A DNA stretch of 64,000 nt, taken from NCBI GenBank assembly GCA_963752195.1, contig CAVVXI010000004.1, forward strand, positions 2,053,641 to 2,117,640, given 5' to 3'. The position numbers and the translations under genes are program-made. The notes below the pieces were generated by a model, which saw nothing but the letters and a program-made list of their open reading frames with translations, was not told the DNA's origin and did no database searches. This document shows, piece after piece, positions 33,383-43,330 of the stretch (positions within the stretch are counted from its first letter, which is position 1; every line of letters starts with the position of its first letter). This DNA is from an uncultured Bacteroidales bacterium (GTDB taxonomy: Bacteria > Bacteroidota > Bacteroidia > Bacteroidales > UBA10428).

Positions 33383-33417
33383 AATTATGAATTATGAATT
33401 ATAAATGATGAATTTAA
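33383..33417. repeat. Heptamer array AATTATG AATTATG AATTATA AATGATG AATTTAA in the 23S/tRNA-Ala spacer
   Basis: Read directly from the sequence. It is the same motif family and plus-strand orientation as the left arm at 26463. Confidence 0.85.
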
Positions 33418-33539
33418 AATCCACACCCATAAAAAAACAAGCAGTAATGAAACAACCGAATGTTTCCGTTTCCTAAACTACATTACTTATTTAAAAGAAC
33501 TGAAATTTCGAATTTTAATAGACCACAAACTAAAATTTG

Positions 33540-33613
33540 TGGAGAATAAGGGATTCGAACCCTTGACCCCCTGCGTGCAAGGCAGGTGCTCTAGCCAGCT
33601 GAGCTAATTCCCC
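33540..33613 (-). tRNA. tRNA-Ala (anticodon TGC)
   Basis: The minus strand reads GGGGAATTAGCTCAGCTGGCTAGAGCACCTGCCTTGCACGCAGGGGGTCAAGGGTTCGAATCCCTTATTCTCCA. The cloverleaf has a 7-bp acceptor stem and CCA is not encoded. Confidence 0.95.
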
Positions 33614-33634
33614 GAGGAATTATCTGTTTATTTT

Positions 33635-33692
33635 TTGATTCGTTGATTTGTTGATTTTAAATCATCAAATCAATAGATCATCAAATCGACAA
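33635..33692. repeat. Octamer inverted repeat filling the tRNA-Ala/tRNA-Ile spacer
   Basis: The left arm is TTGATTC GTTGATTT GTTGATTTT. The right arm is AAATCATC AAATCAAT AGATCATC AAATCGAC. The arms are imperfectly complementary. Confidence 0.8.
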
Positions 33693-33698
33693 ATTAAG

Positions 33699-33772
33699 TA
33701 GTCCCGCGCAGATTTGAACTGCGGACCCCTACATTATCAGTGTAGTGCTCTAACCAACTGAGCTACGGGACT
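33699..33772 (-). tRNA. tRNA-Ile (anticodon GAT)
   Basis: The minus strand reads AGTCCCGTAGCTCAGTTGGTTAGAGCACTACACTGATAATGTAGGGGTCCGCAGTTCAAATCTGCGCGGGACTA. The acceptor stem is AGTCCCG/CGGGACT. Confidence 0.95.
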
Positions 33773-33946
33773 GTGTTAATCCGGTATACTCAGCTCAGCC
33801 TGTCCCGGCCTCTTCAGCAAACAGGCTACTGAGCTTAAATTCATCTGCAATTCAAAGTGCCGGGAACACTTTTCAGGGAATTAATATTTTATAAAAAAAA
33901 GAAGAGACTCGAAGGAAAGGAGAGGATTAAGAGTAAATCTCTCTCT

Positions 33947-35468
<1,522 letters not shown>

Positions 35469-35724
35469 GTAATTAAAAATTTAAATATTGCTCAAGATTC
35501 ACTCAAAATTCCCTGCATTGCTGCAAGGACCTTATATTACTATAAGGGTTTTCCTTTTCCTTACCTTCTTTGTCTCTTCAATCTTTTCAAAGAACTTATC
35601 TATAAAATGGGACGACAAAATTAATAAACTTTCTTAATCGCGTCACCTTTTTAACAAAATCTTTTTAGAACGTTTTTTTGGATTCTTCATTCGAAATTTG
35701 ACTTCCGAATTTTGAAGCGGAGTG

Positions 35725-35755
35725 CAAAGATAAAACTTCTTTTTTCATTTGCAAA
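35725..35755 (-). promoter_or_regulatory. Candidate rRNA promoter (proximal): -33 TTTG, 19-nt spacer, -7 TATCTTTG
   Basis: The minus strand reads TTTGcaaatgaaaaaagaagtttTATCTTTG. It matches the Bacteroides -33/-7 consensus (TTTG / TAnnTTTG) and lies about 255 nt upstream of the 16S 5' end. Confidence 0.5.
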
Positions 35756-35837
35756 AATAAATCGAAATTTATTTTTTTTGATCCGATTTTTAACTTCCAA
35801 AACTTTAAAGAACTACTCTTGTTTTTTTAAGAGGCTG

Positions 35838-35868
35838 CAAAGGTAAAAACATTTTTTTAATCTGCAAG
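35838..35868 (-). promoter_or_regulatory. Candidate rRNA promoter (middle): -33 CTTG, 19-nt spacer, -7 TACCTTTG
   Basis: The minus strand reads TTGcagattaaaaaaatgttttTACCTTTG. Confidence 0.45.
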
Positions 35869-35928
35869 AACTATTTTTATTTTTTTGTTTTCCCCTGTTG
35901 ACAGTCACTCAAAGAACCAAAGCGGGCA

Positions 35929-35958
35929 CAAAGGTAAAATAATATTCTTCATTCCAAT
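35929..35958 (-). promoter_or_regulatory. Candidate rRNA promoter (distal): weak -33 ATTG, 18-nt spacer, -7 TACCTTTG
   Basis: The minus strand reads ATTGgaatgaagaatattatttTACCTTTG. Confidence 0.35.
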
Positions 35959-36223
35959 ATCCGCCTGCATCTTTTTTTCTGATTTTCTTCTACAAAACCA
36001 ATACTGGCTTGATAATGACGAAACTAAATGTTAAAAATAAATTGATATCTATTCCAGGGGTTAATATATAAGGCCTTCTGTTTTGCTGTCCGTAAGTTCT
36101 GATCGAATGGAGGTGAACGAACATATCTCCTTATTACAAGCATTTTGCAAAAATTTACCGCAGAGTCCTCGGGAGGGTGTCCAGCAGAACCGAACAATTC
36201 CTGCCAGCGAAATCATCTTCAGA

Positions 36224-36295
36224 CTGCACGACTGCAAAACTGTACGACTGCAAAACTGCAAAACTGCAAAACTGCAAAACTGCAAAACTGCAAAA
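36224..36295. repeat. Octamer tandem array: CTGCACGA CTGCAAAA CTGTACGA (CTGCAAAA)6, 9 units
   Basis: Read directly from the sequence. It has the same motif, unit count and plus-strand orientation as 16698..16769. It lies 56 nt upstream of the GTG start at 36351 and about 270 nt upstream (on the minus strand) of the distal rRNA promoter candidate. Confidence 0.95.
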
Positions 36296-36350
36296 CCTCT
36301 TTTTGATTTAAAATAATATCATACCTTCGTATTCACTAATTTAATCCTGT

Positions 36351-37091
36351 GTGAACAAGGCCATTGTAATTATACCCACCTATAACGAGAAAGAAAACAT
36401 TCTAAAGATGGTGCAAACCATTTTATTGCTCCCTGTCCCCTATGATATACTTGTAATTGATGATGGCTCACCGGATGGTACCGGTGAAATCGTCCGTTCC
36501 TTGCAAGGTTCATCCCACGAACGTCTCTTCCTCCTGGAAAGAAAGGGAAAACAGGGACTGGGAACAGCCTATATCATGGGGTTTCAGTGGGCTGTCGATC
36601 GAAAATATGACTACATCTTTGAAATGGATGCTGATTTCTCCCATAATCCCCAGGATTTGATGATCCTTCATCAGGCATGCATCGACGGGGCTGACATGGC
36701 CATCGGTTCACGTTACAAATCCGGAGTGAACGTGGTCAACTGGCCTATGGGCCGTGTGCTTATGTCCTATTGCGCATCGATGTATGTACGCTTTATCACC
36801 GGAATGAATATTTACGATACTACCGCAGGCTTTAAATGCTATCGCAGGCATGTTCTGGAGGCAATTGACCTTGATAAGATAAAATTCAAGGGATATGCCT
36901 TCCAGATTGAAATGAAATTTACCGCCTGGAAACTTGGATTCCAAATTGAAGAGGTTCCTATTGTCTTTACCGATCGCAGAGAAGGAACTTCCAAAATGTC
37001 GGGAGGAATATTCAATGAAGCCCTCTGGGGAGTATTGCGGATGAAGTTTTCCAGTTTTTTCAGGGAATATAAACCAAAAAACGGGGTATGA
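36351..37091 (+). CDS. GT2 family glycosyltransferase, polyprenol/dolichol-phosphate mannose synthase-like
   Basis: Blocks are IIPTYNEKENI, VIDDGSPDGTGEIV and DADFSHNPQD. The length is 246 aa and the start codon is GTG. Confidence 0.85.
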   Translation: MNKAIVIIPTYNEKENILKMVQTILLLPVPYDILVIDDGSPDGTGEIVRSLQGSSHERLFLLERKGKQGLGTAYIMGFQWAVDRKYDYIFEMDADFSHNPQDLMILHQACIDGADMAIGSRYKSGVNVVNWPMGRVLMSYCASMYVRFITGMNIYDTTAGFKCYRRHVLEAIDLDKIKFKGYAFQIEMKFTAWKLGFQIEEVPIVFTDRREGTSKMSGGIFNEALWGVLRMKFSSFFREYKPKNGV

Positions 37092-38428
37092 GCACAACGC
37101 TAATCACAAGGGCGACTATTATCAATGAAGGAAAACAGGGAAAAGCCGACCTGCTGATCCGCGATGAGCGGATAGATAAAATCCTTCCTGCTGGAACGGA
37201 ACTCCCCTTTATACCCGATAATACCATTGATGCCAGCGGCAGTTACCTGATTCCCGGCGTAATCGATGACCAGGTACATTTCAGGGAGCCCGGATTAACA
37301 CATAAGGGTGACCTTTACCATGAATCGCGTGCGGCCGTTGCCGGCGGCGTGACTTCCTTCATGGAAATGCCAAATACAATACCTCAGGCCACCACACAAC
37401 AGCTGCTGCAGGAAAAATATGACCTGGCTTCCATGGTATCCCTGGCAAATTACTCCTTTTACATGGGCGCCACCAATGATAACCTCGACGAATTGCTTAA
37501 AACCGATCCGGCGAATGTCTGCGGAATTAAAATATTCTTGGGCTCCTCGACCGGCAATATGCTGGTGGACAATCCGGACAGCCTGAAATCCATTTTTTCC
37601 CGCTCCCCTGTGCTGATTGCCGTTCATTGCGAGGATGAGACGATTATACGCAATAATATATCCCTGGCCCGGGAACGTTTCGCAGAAGACGTTCCTGTAT
37701 ATCTCCATCCGGCAATCCGCAGTGCGGAGGCATGCTTCCAATCTTCCCAACTGGCGGTCTCCCTCGCAGAAAAATACAATACCCGTCTGCATATCCTGCA
37801 TATGTCCACTGCTGTTGAAATGTCATTGCTAAAATCGGGCATTCCACTGGCAGAAAAACGCATTACGGCAGAAGTATGCGTTCATCACCTGTTGTTCGAT
37901 GAACGGGATTATTTTACACGCGGCAACCTCATAAAATGGAACCCTGCCATAAAAACAGCAACCGACAAAGATGCACTGTTGCAGGCTTTAATCGACGGTA
38001 AGATTGATGTTGTGGCAACCGATCACGCACCACATACGCTGGAAGAAAAACAAAATACGTATTTTAAGGCTCCTTCCGGCGGACCCATGGTGCAACATTC
38101 ACTTGCCGCGATGCTCGAGTTTTGCAACCAGGGGAAACTGCCACCCGAAATGGTCGTTGAAAAAATGTGCCACGCTCCTGCCACGCTCTTTAAAGTATCT
38201 AACCGCGGTTTCATCCGGGAAGGGTATTTTGCCGACCTGGTATTGGTCAACCCGAACAAACCCATGACTGTTTCGACCAACAACCTGCATTATAAATGCC
38301 AGTGGTCTCCGCTATTGGGAATGAGCTTTTCAAACAGCGTGACACATACCTTTGTCAATGGGCACCTTGCTTATTGCGAAGGTGCATTTTTCGAAGAAAA
38401 GAAAGGTCAACGCCTGCTATTCTGCTAA
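37088..38428 (+). CDS. pyrC: Dihydroorotase (long, allantoinase-like class)
   Basis: Blocks are PGVIDDQVHFREPG, the HCED region, HILHMST and VATDHAPH. The length is 446 aa. Confidence 0.88.
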   Translation: MSTTLITRATIINEGKQGKADLLIRDERIDKILPAGTELPFIPDNTIDASGSYLIPGVIDDQVHFREPGLTHKGDLYHESRAAVAGGVTSFMEMPNTIPQATTQQLLQEKYDLASMVSLANYSFYMGATNDNLDELLKTDPANVCGIKIFLGSSTGNMLVDNPDSLKSIFSRSPVLIAVHCEDETIIRNNISLARERFAEDVPVYLHPAIRSAEACFQSSQLAVSLAEKYNTRLHILHMSTAVEMSLLKSGIPLAEKRITAEVCVHHLLFDERDYFTRGNLIKWNPAIKTATDKDALLQALIDGKIDVVATDHAPHTLEEKQNTYFKAPSGGPMVQHSLAAMLEFCNQGKLPPEMVVEKMCHAPATLFKVSNRGFIREGYFADLVLVNPNKPMTVSTNNLHYKCQWSPLLGMSFSNSVTHTFVNGHLAYCEGAFFEEKKGQRLLFC

Positions 38429-40220
38429 AACCGCTATTGATTTGGCATTATCTTTGCCCTTATTCTTACATTTTACCTGGCCCTTGAATATATCGATTTT
38501 TATCCTCCTCATAACGGCCTCTTTGAATTTTTTGCTGGCCCTGTATTCCCTCCGTTACCGCAAATCCCCCGGAATACTGATTTATTTCTTCCTCCTGCTG
38601 GCAATAAGCATTTATTCCTTTGGATATGCCTATGAATTGCAGGCAGATAATTCAGGATCCCTGCTATATTGGCTGCGTATAGAATACATTGGCATATCGT
38701 TCATTCCGTCCCTGATAATCATGCTGGCCCTGCGGTATACCGGAAATTCGGGACTTCTTAAACCGTGGGTGATCATTACCCTGATTTTCTATGGAATTGT
38801 GATCCTTTTTATGCAATTCACAAATTTTAACACCCTTTTTTACCGAAGCTTCAATATAGTTTACAGTGAAAACCTGGTTTTTGCGGATTTTGCTCACGGA
38901 CCCGTATATTGGGTGCATCAGACCGTAATGAATATGATGCTGCTGGCCAGCACGATTTTATACCTGTTGCATTTTGGCAAAACAAAAGGACTAAACCGGG
39001 TCAGGTCATTTATTATGTTTATCTCCTGTATTGTTCCGTATATCATCTACCTGGTTTACATCAGCGGATATCGTCCCCATAACCTCGATCTGAATCCGTT
39101 TTCTTTTACCCTGGTCGGTTTCCTGTTTGCCTTGGGTGTTTTTAGATTTCAATTACTTGAATACCTGCCAATTACATTAGAGCACGTTTTTAATAGTATG
39201 GCAGACGGGGTCGTCATTCTCGATAACCACGGAAATCTGGTAAGCTATAACCAGTCTGCAACCCGACTTTTTCCCCGGTTAATCAACCGAATGAAAGGGG
39301 AACCGCTGGATATCATCATCAAAGGGTTGCCTTCCCTGTCAGAACTCAAAGACGGGTATGAAACGGAAATTGAAATACCCGAAAACAATTGTCCTGCTTT
39401 TTTTCACCTCCGCCTTGTAACGGTTAGAAATGAGCGAAATAAGCCGAAAGGCTGGACGGTAATATTTACCGATGTTACTGACAGGCGGGTTAAGGAAAAC
39501 AAACTGGTGCAGAAAGAGCAAACGCTGAAAGGGTTGAACGCAAGCAAGGACAAGTTCCTGGCAATCATCGGGCATGACCTTCGGAATTCCTTTCATCTCA
39601 TGATTAATTTATCGGACATGCTGATCGCAAATATTGAAAAGGATAACAAGGAAGGGGCTCTTAAAAAGGCAAACATTATTTATGATACTTCGGTTGGCAC
39701 ATATCATCTTCTTCAAAATCTCCTTGAATGGGCCCTTTTGCAGCAAAAAGGAATGCAACTGAACAAAACCAGTCAGAATATTACTGTTTTGGTCGATGAG
39801 GAAGTACAGGGACTTAAAACCCTGTATGAGCAAAAGAACCTGACCATATCACATATTACCGGCATACCGGTTATTGCAATGGCGGATCGTGAAATGATCA
39901 AGACCATTTTGCGGAATCTTATCTCTAATGCCATCAAGTATTCCTATACAGGTGGGAACATCCGGATTACAGAAATGATAAGGTCCGGTAAGGTTACTGT
40001 ATCGATCAGTGATAACGGAACCGGTATGACGGCAGAGGAACAGGAACTTCTCTTTGGCGCAGATGGCCTTCTCTCAAAGAAAGGCACCGCCTCGGAAGAT
40101 GGAACAGGCTTGGGATTGCGCCTCTGCCGGGAGTTTGTCCACTTGCACCAGGGGGAAATCAAAGTAACCAGCCAACCTGAAAAAGGGAGTACGTTTTCGT
40201 TTACCATTCCCCTGGCATAA
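38352..40220 (+). CDS. Sensor histidine kinase with an N-terminal 7TM (HisKA_7TM-like) domain, PAS, HisKA and HATPase_c
   Basis: Seven hydrophobic helices are present (YWLRIEYIGISFIP and others), followed by a PAS-like region. The H-box is FLAIIGHDLRNS, the N-box is NLISNAIKYS and the G-boxes are DNGTGM and GTGLGL. The ORF-track start overlaps pyrC by 77 nt. An in-frame TTG at 38442, just after the pyrC stop, is an alternative start. Confidence 0.85.
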   Translation: MSMGTLLIAKVHFSKKRKVNACYSAKTAIDLALSLPLFLHFTWPLNISIFILLITASLNFLLALYSLRYRKSPGILIYFFLLLAISIYSFGYAYELQADNSGSLLYWLRIEYIGISFIPSLIIMLALRYTGNSGLLKPWVIITLIFYGIVILFMQFTNFNTLFYRSFNIVYSENLVFADFAHGPVYWVHQTVMNMMLLASTILYLLHFGKTKGLNRVRSFIMFISCIVPYIIYLVYISGYRPHNLDLNPFSFTLVGFLFALGVFRFQLLEYLPITLEHVFNSMADGVVILDNHGNLVSYNQSATRLFPRLINRMKGEPLDIIIKGLPSLSELKDGYETEIEIPENNCPAFFHLRLVTVRNERNKPKGWTVIFTDVTDRRVKENKLVQKEQTLKGLNASKDKFLAIIGHDLRNSFHLMINLSDMLIANIEKDNKEGALKKANIIYDTSVGTYHLLQNLLEWALLQQKGMQLNKTSQNITVLVDEEVQGLKTLYEQKNLTISHITGIPVIAMADREMIKTILRNLISNAIKYSYTGGNIRITEMIRSGKVTVSISDNGTGMTAEEQELLFGADGLLSKKGTASEDGTGLGLRLCREFVHLHQGEIKVTSQPEKGSTFSFTIPLA

Positions 40221-40406
40221 TTCTTTATCCGGGGCTGTGTCATTTAAAAATTATGACCTCACGTTCGGACAAGGCTCCACCTTGGACAAATTTATGTTAC
40301 CAGGCTCCGCCTGATAATTATTACAAGATTGCAAGTAAAATATCACCGCGAATATCACAGAAACCTCATTGCATTTGATTAACCGGTAAAAAAAAGGTAC
40401 ATACTA

Positions 40407-40433
40407 TCCGCGAGATTCGCGAGATCAGCGAGA
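40407..40433. repeat. Nonamer tandem repeat TCCGCGAGA TTCGCGAGA TCAGCGAGA
   Basis: Read directly from the sequence, in the spacer between the convergent HK and amidotransferase genes. One isolated CTGCAAAA unit follows at about 40453. Confidence 0.8.
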
Positions 40434-40471
40434 GAATAAGCCCCGATCCGAACTGCAAAATTACCGAACCT

Positions 40472-41146
40472 CTAAAGAATGTTTATAAAAGCATGTCCGA
40501 TCTTTCCGGAAAGCGGATGTTCCAGGCTCATCCTTTCCGGATGCCATTGCACCGCCAGGCAAAATTGCCGTCTTTGCTCAATAAATTCCGCAGCTTCAGG
40601 TATACCGTCTTCACTATAAGCGGAAATAAGCAAACCCGATCCCGTCTTATCCATCGCCTGGTGATGGGAGCTGTTTACGGTTTCACCGGTGATGCCTGCA
40701 ATCCTGTTCAATTGTGATCCCGGTAAAACTGAAATTTCGTGATATACATCCTGTCGATCCTTATGGATTATATGGCCTGAAAGCGCACCAATATCAGTAA
40801 TCAGCGTTCCACCCAAAAAAACGTTCAACAACTGCATACCACGGCAAATAGCCAATATGGGAATTCCACAGGTTAATGCTGCTTCAAGCATGCTAAATTC
40901 AAGGTCGTCCCTTTTAATATCGATACCCTGGCAGTGATGCTCCGGATCGAAATTTCCATAGAGCGATGGATGGATATCGCCCCCTCCGGAAAGAACCAAT
41001 CCTGCGAATTGATCCACCCGGTTTTTGAAATCATCCCGATCCCGTCCTTCATAGTTTACAATTTCAAGTGACGGATCCAGTTTTTTCAACCAGATTTCGT
41101 AATTCGGCCCAAGCCGTGACACCGCAATTTTTGTAATCCTATGCAT
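40472..41146 (-). CDS. Class I glutamine amidotransferase-like / peptidase C26 (gamma-glutamyl-GABA hydrolase family) protein
   Basis: The catalytic Cys block is ILAICRGMQLLNV, and SSHHQA and VQWHPE are present. The start was set to the internal ATG at 41146 (MHRITKIAVS). The longer ORF would run into the divergent promoter region. Confidence 0.8.
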   Translation of the reverse strand: MHRITKIAVSRLGPNYEIWLKKLDPSLEIVNYEGRDRDDFKNRVDQFAGLVLSGGGDIHPSLYGNFDPEHHCQGIDIKRDDLEFSMLEAALTCGIPILAICRGMQLLNVFLGGTLITDIGALSGHIIHKDRQDVYHEISVLPGSQLNRIAGITGETVNSSHHQAMDKTGSGLLISAYSEDGIPEAAEFIEQRRQFCLAVQWHPERMSLEHPLSGKIGHAFINIL

Positions 41147-41233
41147 GTTGGCTAAAATAATCGAAGATAAAGATAATCGGACATACACTAAATCCAGGGC
41201 ACAATAGTTATCTTTAAAATAAATCAACAATTC

Positions 41234-41743
41234 ATGAAGATGAGTCTTAAAATAATGATGTCCGCCTGGCTTGTTCTCCTTTTCACATCCTGCCATAATC
41301 ATACCCCTGAGGTACAAGCGACTGCTCAGTTAGCAGACTCAGGGATTACCAAAAACATGGAGGTGGCTGATACAATCATTTACCAGGTCATCATCAGCAA
41401 TCCCAATCCTGATGATTCGTGGACCACCGAATGCCTGCGGGGACTTAACCGAAAGACGCTTGTTGACAGTATTTTCAAAATGGTTTATGATGGGAGACTT
41501 ATTGCTGTCAACCGTGAAACCCGCGAAAAATTAACGGTAAAGCAGTTGCGGGATATGGAAAAAGCCGATGGATTCAGCCGGGATGAAATTGGCATGATCC
41601 AGTTCACGGAGGCCTGGTATCTTGATCCTGCCAACAGGAACATGACAAAAAAAGTACTGGCTATGGACCTCGGATACAATTACTACACCAGTGAAGGTGA
41701 CCTGGTCGGATATAAATCCCTGTTCAGGGTGGAAATGAAATAG
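41234..41743 (+). CDS. Hypothetical lipoprotein
   Basis: A lipoprotein signal is present (LVLLFTSC). I recognised no family. Confidence 0.5.
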   Translation: MKMSLKIMMSAWLVLLFTSCHNHTPEVQATAQLADSGITKNMEVADTIIYQVIISNPNPDDSWTTECLRGLNRKTLVDSIFKMVYDGRLIAVNRETREKLTVKQLRDMEKADGFSRDEIGMIQFTEAWYLDPANRNMTKKVLAMDLGYNYYTSEGDLVGYKSLFRVEMK

Positions 41744-41836
41744 GGACGAGTGACAAGTGACAAGAGACAAGCCAAATGCCAAACCCCAGAACATCTTCTT
41801 TCGTGTCCCTCGTCACTTGTCCCTTGTCCCTTTTTT
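41743..41836 (+). terminator. Long heptamer-built hairpin plus T6 (intrinsic terminator-like)
   Basis: The left arm is GGGACGA GTGACAA GTGACAA GAGACAA G (41743-41771). The right arm is CGTGTCC CTCGTCA CTTGTCC CTTGTCC C (41802-41830). By my count 24 of 29 positions pair. TTTTTT follows at 41831-41836 and the loop is 30 nt. Confidence 0.7.
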
Positions 41837-41873
41837 ACTATTTTAGCGTCGGAAATACATTCAAATTGACTTT

Positions 41874-43277
41874 ATGAATATGCAAAAAATACTTACGGTA
41901 GAAAAAATTGGCGGATCCTCAATGTCCAAATTCCATGATGTGCTGAATAACATTATTATGCGCACCTGTGATGACTGTAACTATTATAACCGCATTTTCA
42001 TCGTGTCTGCCTATAATGATGTCACCAACTGGCTTCTTGAACATAAAAAAACAAAACAACCCGGCATTTACCAGAAGTTTGTGAACGGCGAGGATTATAG
42101 TCGCGCCATGATTGAATTGCTCGACAAGCTGATTGCCATCAACCGAACATTTGAATCAATAGGGCTCGACCAGGGCAAAGCGGATGCATTTATAACAGAC
42201 CGCATTGTTCAGGCAAAAAATTACCTCAAGAGCCTGGCCGAAGTGCTGGCCACTGGTTATGTCAACAGGCAAAACATCCTGCTTGCAGCCCGGGAAATAT
42301 TGTCTTCATTAGGAGAGGCACATTCTGCGTTCAACTCCGTAAATATTCTCCTCAATAACGGGATTAACGGTATCCTGATCGATCTCTGCGGTTTCAATGA
42401 TTCTGAATATTTATCCATTGACGAACGAATTCACAGGGCGTTTGCGCATATTGACTACACCCGCACCATGCCGGTCGTAACGGGTTATACCAAGGGCACA
42501 GAAGGTATCATGCGGGAATTTGACAGGGGTTACAGCGAAGTCACTTTTAGTAAAGTGGCTGTTGAAGTAAAAGCGGCTGAGGCAATCATTCATAAGGAAT
42601 ATCATCTCTCCTCGGCGGATCCGAATATAGTGGGCGTTTCAAAATCAATTCCCGTTGGTTTTACCAATTTCAACGTGGCTGATCAGCTGGCTGACATAGG
42701 CATGGAGGCTATTCATCCCAAGGCATCCAAACCACTTGAAATGGCAGGCATCAATATACGAATCAAAAATACCTTTGAACCCGAACATCCGGGAACGCTG
42801 ATCTCAAAGGATTATGTCGGGGAAAAATCAAAGGTTGAGATCATTTCGGGAACCGACAAGGTAATTGCCATCGAGATCCATGATCCACTGATGGTGGGCC
42901 AGGTTGGTTATGACCGGGCCATTATGCAGTCATTTGAACAATATAACATCAGTTACATTCTGAAAGCGACCAACGCGAACAGCATTACCCAGGTAATATG
43001 GGAAGAGGACCTTTCTACGGACCTCATTGCGGAATTAAAATCAAGATATTATGAGGTTACGGTAAAGGCAGTTGCCCTGGTCTGCACGCTGGGTACAAAT
43101 ATAGCCCAGCCCGGTATCATTGCCAAAGCTACCATGGCCCTGGCTGCCAACCATATTAACGTTGATGCCATTTCGCAATCCCTCAAGCAGGTCAATATGC
43201 AATTTGTGATAGGAAGGGATGATTACAATAAAGCCATCATTGCCCTGAATGACGCACTTTGCGTTAGGAATAGCTAG
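41874..43277 (+). CDS. Aspartate kinase (467 aa, with C-terminal ACT-like regulatory region)
   Basis: The N-terminal kinase block is VEKIGGSSM. It has the amino-acid kinase fold length and a C-terminal ACT-like region (VALVCTLGTN ... ISQS). It diverges from the second aspartate kinase at 56634. Confidence 0.75.
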   Translation: MNMQKILTVEKIGGSSMSKFHDVLNNIIMRTCDDCNYYNRIFIVSAYNDVTNWLLEHKKTKQPGIYQKFVNGEDYSRAMIELLDKLIAINRTFESIGLDQGKADAFITDRIVQAKNYLKSLAEVLATGYVNRQNILLAAREILSSLGEAHSAFNSVNILLNNGINGILIDLCGFNDSEYLSIDERIHRAFAHIDYTRTMPVVTGYTKGTEGIMREFDRGYSEVTFSKVAVEVKAAEAIIHKEYHLSSADPNIVGVSKSIPVGFTNFNVADQLADIGMEAIHPKASKPLEMAGINIRIKNTFEPEHPGTLISKDYVGEKSKVEIISGTDKVIAIEIHDPLMVGQVGYDRAIMQSFEQYNISYILKATNANSITQVIWEEDLSTDLIAELKSRYYEVTVKAVALVCTLGTNIAQPGIIAKATMALAANHINVDAISQSLKQVNMQFVIGRDDYNKAIIALNDALCVRNS

Positions 43278-43330
43278 ATATGCAGGATGTAAGCAAATTA
43301 TCCTAACTTTGCTGTTTAATCCAATTTTCA

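Noticed and set aside
38352-38441. A 77-nt overlap between pyrC and the 7TM histidine kinase ORF, considered as possible translational coupling or a fused gene.
   Set aside because: The overlapping N-terminal extension (MSMGTLLIAKVHFSKKRKVNACYSAKT) has no membrane or domain character. An in-frame TTG at 38442 lies just past the pyrC stop. This is most likely a start-codon over-extension.
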